A program made the translations under genes and the position numbers. Below are positions 27,026 through 41,538 of a stretch of 64,000 bases of DNA, piece by piece (the first letter of the stretch is position 1; every line of letters starts with the position of its first letter). Source of the stretch: Psilocybe cubensis (Eukaryota); contig CM038998.1 of the NCBI GenBank assembly GCA_017499595.2, positions 4,030,001 to 4,094,000 of the forward strand, written 5' to 3'. The notes under the pieces were generated by a model. That model was given only the letters and a program-made list of their open reading frames with translations. It was not told the origin of the DNA and did no database searches.

Positions 27026-27302
27026 TGTCAGGGTACGTATTGGTGCCACCCCTATCCGTTATTGTTATCTGTTACGGTCCCACGCTGTCATGCCTTGTTC
27101 TATCTTTGTGTTCAGTCCTATGTCTATCGTTCCCCTGTTTCATCTATTGATAGTTGTCATATATTGAGTACTCTGGTCCAGGAAGTAGTTACTCTGGTCT
27201 CCATGTATATATAAGGTCCTGGGGTTAGTAGTCAGACCCCAGCTTTAATATCAACTTGGTCTTTGGGCATTCTTCTCTCTTGACTTAAGTCGATTCCTAA
27301 CA
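27026..27302 (+). mobile_element. Solo LTR (277 bp) of the KH-encoding LTR element, TSD GTTAG
   Basis: TGTCA...TAACA ends; colinear with the reverse complement of 31759-32035 (14 substitutions counted by eye); GTTAG at 27021-27025 and 27303-27307. Confidence 0.95.
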
Positions 27303-30300
27303 GTTAGCTACAACTGTTATCAAATACCTTGGGATACTGGGCTGAACTTTGTACAATCGGCAGCAAACCTCATGGTCTTGAGACACTGACTGCGTATGGG
27401 CTGATGGGTCGGAGATGGACAGTGACACACAGATTGGAGACTATGTCGGTATTGGTCCTGCTAGATTCTGGTTGTCGACTGTCCTGGATCAGACCCCAAA
27501 CGCTGCTGAAGGATCTAAACAATAATCACTGTTAGTGCCAACTACAGTCGTTACTCAATACCTAGGGATAGCGGGATGAGCTGTCTGGAATCAGCAGTAA
27601 AGCCTGTTCAATGCAATAGAAGGGGTAGGCCGGCATGGACGACATGGATGGCACGCCCGTCGTAATGCCGGACACCTTTAACTAACTTGCCCCCGAGGTT
27701 GTCAGAGTATACTTGCACTGGGATTTGGGCACTGTCATTTGATCATTGTTAAATTTGTCTATTGTTATAGCAGACACGGAGAGCATACCTCCTAAACAGC
27801 AGCAAGGGCACAGCGTGCGATGGTTGGGGGAAATCCGAAGCTAGAATATCGGAGAGAGATGCCTTGGCTCCTAGGAATCCTTTGCCTGTGAGAGTAAGGG
27901 AATCTGTTGACCTTGACTATACCTTGTCTCGTCCTTTTTATGCTCCAGAAAATTTTGGCCTGTCATCTGTGTTCAAAAAACACATACCCTGTGTGATGGA
28001 ATTCCAGAAAGAATCCTGTTTTCCCCATCTGCAATCCACCTACCTTTTGTGGCCCATAATAACCGCAATGCAGTTCAGCCACATCTGTTAGAGACAAGGC
28101 TGCATCCCCGTCGATATGACGTATGACCAAGGTTTTGTCTTTTTCCCTGGCTTTGGAGTGTTTCAAGAAAAGAATTCTATGTCACCAATTAGGGTGCCTC
28201 TCATACGCTTTATAGTGTATTGTATGCCATATTGTGTGCCATGAATTTTCAGCTGTAGCTTCTTCTTCTTCCTTCTATAATTTCAAGAAAGCGGATTGGT
28301 TTTTCAGCCTCACTTGGCAACAACAAAACGGGCAAAAAAAATTTTACCCTGAGGCTGATTGCATATCGTGCAGTCTAGTAACTGTCAACACTTAAGAAGC
28401 TCTGTCATTGCTGTTCCTTGAAATTATTAGTATTTCCCCGAAAACCCATACAATTGCTTAGGCAAATGGTGATGCAGCGATCTACGTATGCTGGCCACAA
28501 TTGTAAAAGACTGACCATTGACACGACCTCTATCCATAGACATGTTCTGTCTATGGGTGGTTAAATTAAAGGACCTTTTGTGGTCCCTTCTGTGTCAGGG
28601 TTTGGGTACTGCTTATCTTGTGGCTGAACGGTTAGTGAATGTACTTTCAAAAAGATAGTATTTAATTGTTTAGTTTGACTCATCCTCCTTATAGAATCGG
28701 ACATAGAAAAACATCTCACAATAAGGTTAATTTCTGCCCACCTGGCTTATCCTTCATGGCCAAAACCAACCTTGGGTCGCTACTCGTTTTCACCTGCTGG
28801 CATTGCCTTTAATTTATTCCTTTCTGGCTGGGGCATGGACGAGGGGCACTAAGGCACTTATGTTCGAATGTAAACAATCAAAATCGGATTTCTTTCTCTC
28901 AAGACTTAAGCGGATAACGAACCATGCGTATCCCCAGACTATCTACAAGGACTACATTTACTCTACTCTACATTGATTCAACCTATGAAGCGTGTAAGTC
29001 TTGTCATTCTTGTCGTGCAAAATTTAATTTGACAACAAGGCAACTCACGTAGTTGCTCAGAAAAATACTCTTCTTTCCATATGCATCGAAACCTAGATTG
29101 CCAGTCAGCAAGGTTCCTGCGCTCTATAATTCATACATACCTTCCCACCACCCATTACTATAGTTCTTGCCACCCATTGTCAGCGTCAGTACATCCCCTG
29201 GCTCAATACTGAGTTAGTCACTTCCTTGGGATATATAAGAGTATAACGCCCGAACTAGGACGTGAACGGTCAGCTGTCTGCTAGTTTACCTTCTGACTTA
29301 GTTCATTATGATATACCCCGCCTTGCAACATCCTTTTCAGGAGTTCCTTTTTGCCCCTGATTGTCATGGATTGTTTCTATGTATGAGGCCGGTACCAACC
29401 CACTATCCCCTGTGCCATCAGATACTTTCACCCATCCAGACCCATTGTCTGGTTCAACTACACGGACCATTGTGCCCTCTAATCCACCAATTGTCAACAG
29501 ATCATAATTCCCGGACCAGTGGCCCATATTGGTACTACAGTGACGCATCATGTACTCCAAGTTCAAATTCGGACGTGGGTGTGAAATCAAACAAAACCTT
29601 TGCATTAATATCTTCTTTAGGAAGCTGGTCGGATGAAATCAATTGAACAAAGGACGACGCTGACGGTGTTATCGCCGGTGTGGATTCTATTAATTCATGT
29701 TAGCGGGAGCTTATTATAATTTCAATTTGAAGGTATTTTTACCACCCGGACCAGTGTTTACACTTCACCTGAGAAATGAGGTTGCCTTTTTTTCTGCTCC
29801 TTTTTCGCAGTTTGCAGGGATCTGGCCAATCGCCAGATTTTTGGTTTGTGGCACTTGATCCAGAGACAGAAATCAACTTACCTTGAGCTCACATTTAGCA
29901 TGTACAGAAACTCCGCATGTTCAACAGGTTTTTCCCTGTTTGCTGAGACCCCATATCAATGACTGAAAAGCATTTTAGGTTCATCAGGCATCTAAATATT
30001 AGCTGGGGTTACCCACCTTACAATAAGCACATGAAGTTGGAATTGAAAATGAAGAACTTTTGAAGGAATAAGGGTGAGAGGCACTTTTGTCATCTAAAAT
30101 AGTTTGAATAAAGATTGACAAAGAAGACATTTCATGACATCCAAGTGAGACCTACCACCAAGTATATTGGCAATTGTTTAAATTTCCGTCTTCAAAATTT
30201 GTTCCAAAGTTGTGTAAAATACCAGCTGGTGTTCAGCTTCCAAATGATTCTATCCAGGTCAGTAAAGGCACCAAAAATAAGTATGTTTTTAGTTACATCT

Positions 30301-31758
30301 GTCAAATCGTCGATAGGTCCCACTAAGATATCCACTGTGTAGGACAACAGTTGTAACAACAGTTTATTGTATTTGGCACCTAAGGATCAATTTAATCAGT
30401 GCACAGTAATTATAATTATGTCTTCTTCCATATGCTTAGACTCTGTCAAGGGTGTGAATTCCTCCAATTTTTCCCGGGTACGTCTCAATTTATTCTGGAT
30501 GAAGACCTTCGGCGCCGGTTCTATGCTCATTGCATCCTAGATAAAGTATTAAAATTATGCTACTGTATTATTGGAAAGAATTACCATGTCATAGTGCACA
30601 GAACAGGGTTCAAAAGTCCAACCTTCAGGTGCAATGAACACCCTTCTGTTATGGTCGATAAAAAGATCCTGATCCTTGACAATGTCAACTTGTTCAAATT
30701 TGGCAAGTGTATCAATGATTTGCGATTTGAGTGTGTCAAGATGCATCAATTGCAAATTTTGACAATGAACGACAATCTTGACAAAACATTCTATGAGACG
30801 GCGCTGAAGAGACTCTAGCAATAAAAAGTCAGGGTCCAGAAATGTTTCACATAACACAACCTACAAAGCTCCTGATTTTGATTGCAGAAGTTAGCCTAGA
30901 GTAGTAATCTTCCAAATTGAACCATAGTATACCCACATTCTCAAAATTAGGCACGTTTTCATTGTAGAATTTTCCCTTCGCTTAATTAGCAATGGCAATT
31001 AAAATCAAGTAAGAGCTTAAATGTCCAAAATGTTGACTTTAGCTTACACATTATTAATGGTATCGTATTTACTTACTTTTTAGAGTTCAACATATTGTTT
31101 TGTTGCTGTTTGGCTTGCCTTGCTGCACGTTCGGCATGTTTATTGTTGCTTGCACGCCCCTAATAACAACCAAGAAAGAGGGGTTAGAAGAAGGTAATTC
31201 CCAAAGTAATTGCCTGTCTATCTCCTTCTGTCAGAATGATTCAACTTAAGATAAAGAGTTAGAAGCCATCCCTGTGGTTATCTGTAATTGCGGATTGCTT
31301 GCCTTCTGTTTATTCTATTAAATGAAGTATTCAGGGTTTGACAGACCATTGATCAGAGAAAGATCTACAAACCTTAATGTGGTCGGCATAAACGCAATCC
31401 CGATCAAAAAAGCAACTTTTGAAAAAATGCCATCTTCTGCACAAGAAGAAAGATTGGATATATTAGATGGAATGCCTGATAATGACGCACTTTTTTCTTT
31501 GATTCTTCATTTCTCTTCTCGAGTATTCTCAAGATTTCAACTGTCCGGGACGTCATCCTGTCCGCAAAGTTGATATGATCTTGAGCAGTGGTACTTAAGG
31601 ATGTTATGAGTCCCTCATAAGTGTTTTCTAGGGTGCTTATGAATGTTCAGTTTCTTGGATGAATGACAATAGATGAAACTGATTTCTAACCATTGTTTGA
31701 GCATATTGGTATCCTGTGATTTGGTGGGATTGCTGCCAAACACGTAAACCAACAACAC

Positions 31759-32035
31759 TGTTAGGAATCGACTTAAGTCAAGAGAGAAGAGTGCCCAAAG
31801 ACCAAGTTGATATCGAAGCTGGGGTCTGACTACTGACCCCAGGACCCTATATATACATGGAGACCGGAGTAACTACTTCCCGGACCAGAGTACTCGACAT
31901 ATGACAACTATCAATAGATGAAACAGGAGAACGATAGACGTGGGACCGAACACAAAGATAGAACAAGGCATGACAGCGTGGGACCGTAACAGATAACGAT
32001 AACGGATAGGGGTGGCACCAATACGTACCCTGACA
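31759..32035 (-). repeat. 3' LTR
   Basis: 277 bp, identical by eye to 33065-33341; preceded on the minus strand by the PPT. Confidence 0.95.
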
Positions 32036-32048
32036 TCACCTCCCCTCT
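32036..32048 (-). other. Polypurine tract
   Basis: Minus strand AGAGGGGAGGTGA abuts the TG of the 3' LTR. Confidence 0.85.
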
Positions 32049-32076
32049 AAAGGTCGGTGTCCCAACGACCTGGTCT

Positions 32077-32973
32077 TCACCGTGGACGGTTTGCACCAAA
32101 GACACGAGGCGGTCCACCGCCACGACGCGCGGTCTGAATTCCCTCCCTAGGCTGAACAGGCCCGGGGCGAGAGTAACCGTCAGAGTGTTGCTGCGGAGCC
32201 CTGAGAGCGTCCACCTCCATAGGCGAACCAGGGGCGAGCGACGAGGATGGGCTGGAGCGAGTGTCGACAGCCGTAGGAGTGGGCAAATGCGGAGAAGCCG
32301 TCCCGGAACGGGATGTCCGCGTAGTTGGGGTAGAGCTCGAGGTTGGAGTAGGAGAAGGAGGTTCAACGACGAGGGTAGGAGGGGCGGCAGTGGGCGCAGG
32401 AGGCTGTTTAGGCTTCTTGGACCTAGGGTTGCGGATGCGACGACGGGCAATCCGCTTGCTGATAGCAGAAAGAGCATCACCAACTTCACGAGCGGTGCCC
32501 CTGATAGTGACGGCACGCAAACCGGAGGTGACGACGGGGGAGACCGAGATCTTTGCGTGCGAGATGTCGTGGATTTGGCGTAAGCCAGTTCCCGCGCGCC
32601 CTATGACATGGCCAGCCTGTTCGTCCGCAATAGACAGGGTAGCGACGATCTTCTCGAGGGCGGCTTTGGTAGTAGTAGAGCGGATGGATTGGGAGTGCGG
32701 GGGCCCTGTAGTAGGGGTAGAGGTAGGTGCAGCCGGGCGTTCCTTCCTAGAGGTGCGTCGAGCGCGAGATGCGCGAGCAGAGGGAGTGGGAGCGGCAGGC
32801 GGTTTGGGTAGGGAGGCTGTGAGGCGTTCAAGTTTAGACTCGATGGCAGACAGTCGGTCATCAACCTTTTTATCGGCGTCAAACCGGACTTGCTGCGCCC
32901 TAAAGAGAAGGGCGAAACGGTCCTCAAGGGACATCGTCATGAACCCATCGTAAGGCGAAGGAGGGTCGGCCAT
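32077..32973 (-). CDS. KH-domain RNA-binding protein (298 aa, intronless) carried by the LTR element
   Basis: aa ~109-175 VATLSIADEQAGHVIGRAGTGLRQIHDISHAKISV...RAVTIRGTAREVGDALSAI fits a type I KH fold with a GxxG loop; N-terminal heptad helix, basic KRIARRRIRNPRSKKPK, Pro/Ser/Thr linker, PMEVD motif. Confidence 0.85.
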   Translation of the reverse strand: MADPPSPYDGFMTMSLEDRFALLFRAQQVRFDADKKVDDRLSAIESKLERLTASLPKPPAAPTPSARASRARRTSRKERPAAPTSTPTTGPPHSQSIRSTTTKAALEKIVATLSIADEQAGHVIGRAGTGLRQIHDISHAKISVSPVVTSGLRAVTIRGTAREVGDALSAISKRIARRRIRNPRSKKPKQPPAPTAAPPTLVVEPPSPTPTSSSTPTTRTSRSGTASPHLPTPTAVDTRSSPSSSLAPGSPMEVDALRAPQQHSDGYSRPGPVQPREGIQTARRGGGPPRVFGANRPR

Positions 32974-33051
32974 AGAGTATAGTAGGTGGGGGCAAGGTAG
33001 AGTGGAGTAGACGAGCGCTGCAGTGGATAGAGTACCAGGGCAACGTTGGGT

Positions 33052-33062
33052 AGCTTCGATAT
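33052..33062 (-). other. Putative self-priming primer-binding site (11 nt)
   Basis: Minus strand ATATCGAAGCT begins 2 nt after the 5' LTR and is the exact reverse complement of AGCTTCGATAT inside the LTR (33126-33116); no TGG tRNA-type PBS. Confidence 0.75.
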
Positions 33063-33064
33063 GC

Positions 33065-33341
33065 TGTTAGGAATCGACTTAAGTCAAGAGAGAAGAGTGC
33101 CCAAAGACCAAGTTGATATCGAAGCTGGGGTCTGACTACTGACCCCAGGACCCTATATATACATGGAGACCGGAGTAACTACTTCCCGGACCAGAGTACT
33201 CGACATATGACAACTATCAATAGATGAAACAGGAGAACGATAGACGTGGGACCGAACACAAAGATAGAACAAGGCATGACAGCGTGGGACCGTAACAGAT
33301 AACGATAACGGATAGGGGTGGCACCAATACGTACCCTGACA
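33065..33341 (-). repeat. 5' LTR with TATA box (33154-33161)
   Basis: 277-bp TG...CA direct repeat; TATATATA begins 35 nt upstream of the PBS-complementary 11-mer. Confidence 0.95.
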
Positions 33342-33454
33342 AACACTTTAGTTTTCTTCTCCGAAGCTTTACGAGCCAAAACTTGAAGCTTGGAGGCAAA
33401 CTCTCGTTCCAAGGCGATGTGGGCCGTGTAAAGCTCCCGCATCTGTATGTTGCA

Positions 33455-34744
33455 TCATCAGCAAAAGTGACCAGACCCCCAAATGCCTTGGGAGCCTTAT
33501 AAGGCATGCCAATGTTTTACGTGACACAGTAATGTCACGCAAAACATTTGGGCAACATTTGGGAACACTCAAATCATTTGGTGGTCATTTGGAGGCCCCA
33601 CAAACATTTTTGAATCACAAAACAAGCACCAAATAATTTCTAGTAACTACAATTTACAAAAAAAAATTTGTACACTGTGCAACCTTGAAGGAATCATTTA
33701 ACAAAATTAAAAGAGGTCACAAAACATTTGGTTTTACACTTCGGTTATGAGAAATGTTTACAGGACTTTCAAATGCTGATGAAATAATTCATCCACACCA
33801 AAATTTACTGGCTATACAGCCACATTAGTTCTAATTAGAATTCTGTACAGTTGGTCACCCGGTCTGTACAATTTCTCGACTGTCAACGAAGTCACAATGC
33901 GATCAGCGTGAATCGGAGTGAATCGGAGATCAAATATTTGTTTGTTTGTGCATAATAATCTCTTTCAACCCCCGTTTCTTTCTTTCCACATACTCTCATG
34001 TTCACTACTCCGGCGACGCTTGGTGGGACTTGGGCTTGGACTTTTCAACTCTAAGTCTTCGTATATCATAGCTGAATCTAACTCACAGGTAATTCTGCCA
34101 CTTCCTTTCTGATTAGATCATCCTCAACTGACCATGTATCTGCCTTTCCGTAGACCGTTCTCCTTCTGCCTTAGATCTACTGGATATCCGGCTTGGTATA
34201 TAATCATTCACTAGTTCCCAAACTTTTAGGTGAGTATATGCGCACTTCTGCACACACACCTTGCTTACATTATGCGACCAAAGTAGCTCCTATAATTCAT
34301 GGGTACCATCTATTGATGACATCGTCTCAGCATCATTTTGTTATTTAACCACTTTCTCGCTTCTCTGTACCTTTTGGAGTCATGTTGTAGTATAAGTTTT
34401 CTTAATGCAACAAGTTCTTTTTACTTGCTATGATAATCTGAGGGATCCACTAAATAATGAACCATGTGAACTGTGTAAAACATTTAAACACTGGCAAATG
34501 TTTGCCAAATGTTTTTGGGACTCCCAAATGTTGCCTAAATGTTACGGACACTCAAATTTTAACCAAATGATTTGGCTATATTTAGTACTACCTAAATCAT
34601 TTGCTTGGAATAAATAATTCGAAGCCTTTCAGTCTTCGGAGTCTCTCGTTACGAACCGCACAATGCCTTTCGGGCATTGGGGCCTTTGGACGCCTCCAAA
34701 TGCCTTGTCAAGGCATTTGGGGATCCGAGCACTTTTGCTGATGA
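33455..34744. mobile_element. Non-autonomous TIR DNA transposon in a BZZ1 pseudogene intron
   Basis: Left TCATCAGCAAAAGTGACCAGACCCCCAAATGCCTTG versus right reverse complement TCATCAGCAAAAGTGCTCGGATCCCCAAATGCCTTG; TTGCA at 33450-33454 and 34745-34749; repeated subterminal AAACATTTG/CAAATG motifs; removing it restores a short intron. Confidence 0.85.
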
Positions 34745-35838
34745 TTGCAATATCAGTAGTTTATTGAAATGAAGTGCATCAGACTACTTGCATCGCTAAT
34801 GACCTCAAGGTGTGCGTCAAAAAAACTGGATATTCTCTCTACTTGTTCCTAAGAATAGACCAAGTAAGGATGAAGTTCGTTTAATGTGGACTACTTTACC
34901 GGAAGAGCCACGCCAAAACTTTGCCCCTGTGAAGCGTTTTGATCGCCCATTTGATTTCTACGGATGTTAAGTGAATAAAATTGTCTACAATGTTCCGAGG
35001 CTTAAAGATCTGGGGTTGTTGGAGTTGAGAATGTCGATGATGACGTCCAGGAATAAGTTGTTAGTCCTTTAGAGAATCCGGTGTTGCTACATATTTGCAT
35101 CATGTGATCACATTAGGGGTTAATTTAGATTTAGAGTATAGACTGACGTCACGCGTTCGCTACACCGCCATTACTATATAGACTCAAGCTAAACGGTGAT
35201 CTACAATCGATTGTCCTCCAAGCTCAATAGATAATGCTTTTAGCTCAGTGATAGTTGTCAACTATTATGGCATTGGAAAATAAATGGAATGCTATCACAG
35301 ACATGAATACTGTCATTATGTGTAAGGCTGCCACATTGAAGCTCTATGTATCCAAGATATTATTTGTCGTGGCAATATGATTCGTGAGATATGTCATTCA
35401 TATAGCAGTGTGTTCTATAGCACACAAGTAGACACAAATAGCATAGCATCCATGCAAACTCTATCCAGATCATGGATATAGCCGCTTGAAGTTCTTTGTG
35501 CTCGCTGTCAACTTATTTTGGAAGTTCAAACCTGTGGTCTGAGGCATGCCATTGCATCCGTATTTTTCTCGACAATAATTTATGGTGCGCTATGTGTACA
35601 AATTTTACCAGCTGTACATGTCATTCCGTTTTCAATATGGGGTCGCCTTCCAGGTGTTCCAGACTGAATAATTCTTTCGATTTAGAAAGCAACGAGAAAT
35701 ATTTCTGAGTATTAAACGAAGTTTCTCCAAGCGAGTATTCGACGTACGAGGTCACCTTGGAAGTCGGATGCTCAGCCACCTGACAAGTACGTTCAAAAGA
35801 AAAGACATGCCTCAAAGAACAATGGAAATTACAGGTGG

Positions 35839-40110
<4,272 letters not shown>

Positions 40111-40765
40111 GTGGTGGATGTTGGATGTGGATGTTGGTGCAGATCGTGGTGTGGTGTTGTGAATTTCCGTGCTTTGTCTGTTTCTTCTCCTTTTTTTCTT
40201 TTCTTGTTTCGAAGCTTCATGCACATGTACAATCATTTGTTTTCTCCTTTTCCTTTTTTTCTTTAATCGCCGTGCCATTGGATTCAGATAACCTCACCGC
40301 CTCTCATTTTTTCTTGGCTTCTTTTTGCTTTCGTCGATCCGCAAAATTGTAAGAAACGTCTGTATTATACCAACCTCTACTTCCGTCGCATTTCTTCTTC
40401 TTCTTCTTTTTTTTTTTTTTTTTTGACGCGTATGAACAATATCCCACACTCTCCTTTCTTTCCTTTCCTTTCCTTTCTGTTCCTTGCTTGTTTATCGCTT
40501 AATTTTTACTCTATTGATCTAATACTCGAATCTCATAGTCACTAAAATCCACCTCTCTCTCTCTTTTTACCGTCATCGATCATCATAGCATTTATACCGC
40601 TGCTACTTAGCATTAGCATTAGCATTAGCACTAGCTACCCCTCATTTTATTTTGTACAGTATACCCATACCTCCCTTTGCATGCATCTCAATTAATCTCA
40701 ATTTTTTTCTTGAACTTTTCACAATGTGCAATGACATGGTTGGAAATTGACAATTGACCTTGAAG

Positions 40766-40917
40766 TTGAGTATCTTCAGCGCTTAATCTACCTAAAGGTG
40801 GCATCTACGGTATCCACATTCACTCCGATATATCGAAAATACTTTAAAGTTAAGAAATTTGAGTACCCTCAGCGCTTAATTTTTCTAAGTATCTACGGTA
40901 TCCACATTCAGTCCGAT
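40766..40917. repeat. Degenerate direct repeat, about 93-bp spacing
   Basis: TTGAGTA..TCAGCGCTTAAT...ATCTACGGTATCCACATTCA.TCCGAT starts at 40766 and 40859. Confidence 0.75.
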
Positions 40918-41538
40918 GGATCTAAAATTATCCACCTTCAATTACTCATTAGTACCTGATGCATCTGTAAGCTTTGGGCAACTCTCACCGCAGCTTCCAC
41001 CTTCTGAATCCTGTCAATTCGACGTAACTGTTGTAGGGTGAGTAAGCCTTTTTGATCGAGCGTGAGGGCCCGGGGTCGGACGTCGAGGTCTGTATCTCGG
41101 AGCGCCATGCAAAGGGTACTGTAACTGTGTAACAGCCACGAAACTGCGAGTTGAATACGGATGACGACATTCTTTTCGGCGACGGCAACAGGTAATGTTG
41201 TGACAAACGTAAAATGCTCTTCTGCGCATGCGGAATCTATGGTCGATGTTTAGTTTCCATTTCAAGTGTTGCTTGTTTGTTTGTTTTATCAAGATCACAA
41301 TTCGCAGTCTTATGGCCTACGTGCTTATCGAGCAATTCAACCGAAAGGGAAGCTGCTGAGAACGGAACAATATATGAATTTGTCATCGCATAAACGCGAT
41401 CGCGCAAGTGTTTGTTGTGCTTGCCCCACACCCCGCAAACTATAAAATACATCTGGCTTAAGCCAATTTAAACCCCATCTTCATCAGCCCCTACCTCCAA
41501 GCAAACCAAGCAAGAACATAAACGTTAAACCTAGGACC

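Larger units (their letters stand above)
31759..33341 (-). mobile_element. Non-autonomous LTR retroelement (TRIM-like, 1583 bp) encoding a KH-domain protein
   Basis: Two identical 277-bp TG...CA LTRs, TSD AACAC (31754-31758, 33342-33346), PPT, PBS and one 298-aa ORF; no protease, RT, RNase H or integrase in the 1029-bp interior. Confidence 0.95.
28968..34950 (-). pseudogene. BZZ1: BZZ1-like (F-BAR/FCH, C1, SH3, SH3) pseudogene interrupted by two insertions
   Basis: MGDQNASQGQSFGVALP/EQVERIS, ELYTAHIALEREFASKLQVLARKASEKKTK (F-BAR); HPYSFKSSSFSIPTSCAYC..IWGLSKQGKTC*TCGVSVHAKCELK (C1, stop 29921-29923); EPDNGSGWVKV..GLVPASYI (SH3); second SH3 with stop at 29214-29216 and a frameshift; introns retained. 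Confidence 0.85.

Noticed and set aside
32261..32953. 230-aa plus-strand ORF antisense to the KH ORF
   Set aside because: Non-ATG start, no recognisable motif; expected shadow of a GC-rich coding strand; PBS, PPT and TATA all point to the minus strand.
31911..33507. ORFs 31911-32516 and 33179/33217-33507 running into the LTRs
   Set aside because: They are alternative frames, or the BZZ1 exon reading into LTR sequence; the shared C-termini simply reflect the LTR duplication.
23560..35400. A single Helitron or giant transposon enclosing the pseudogene block
   Set aside because: No convincing TC/CTRR ends with hairpin, terminal repeats or mobilising gene found; kept only as a hypothesis.
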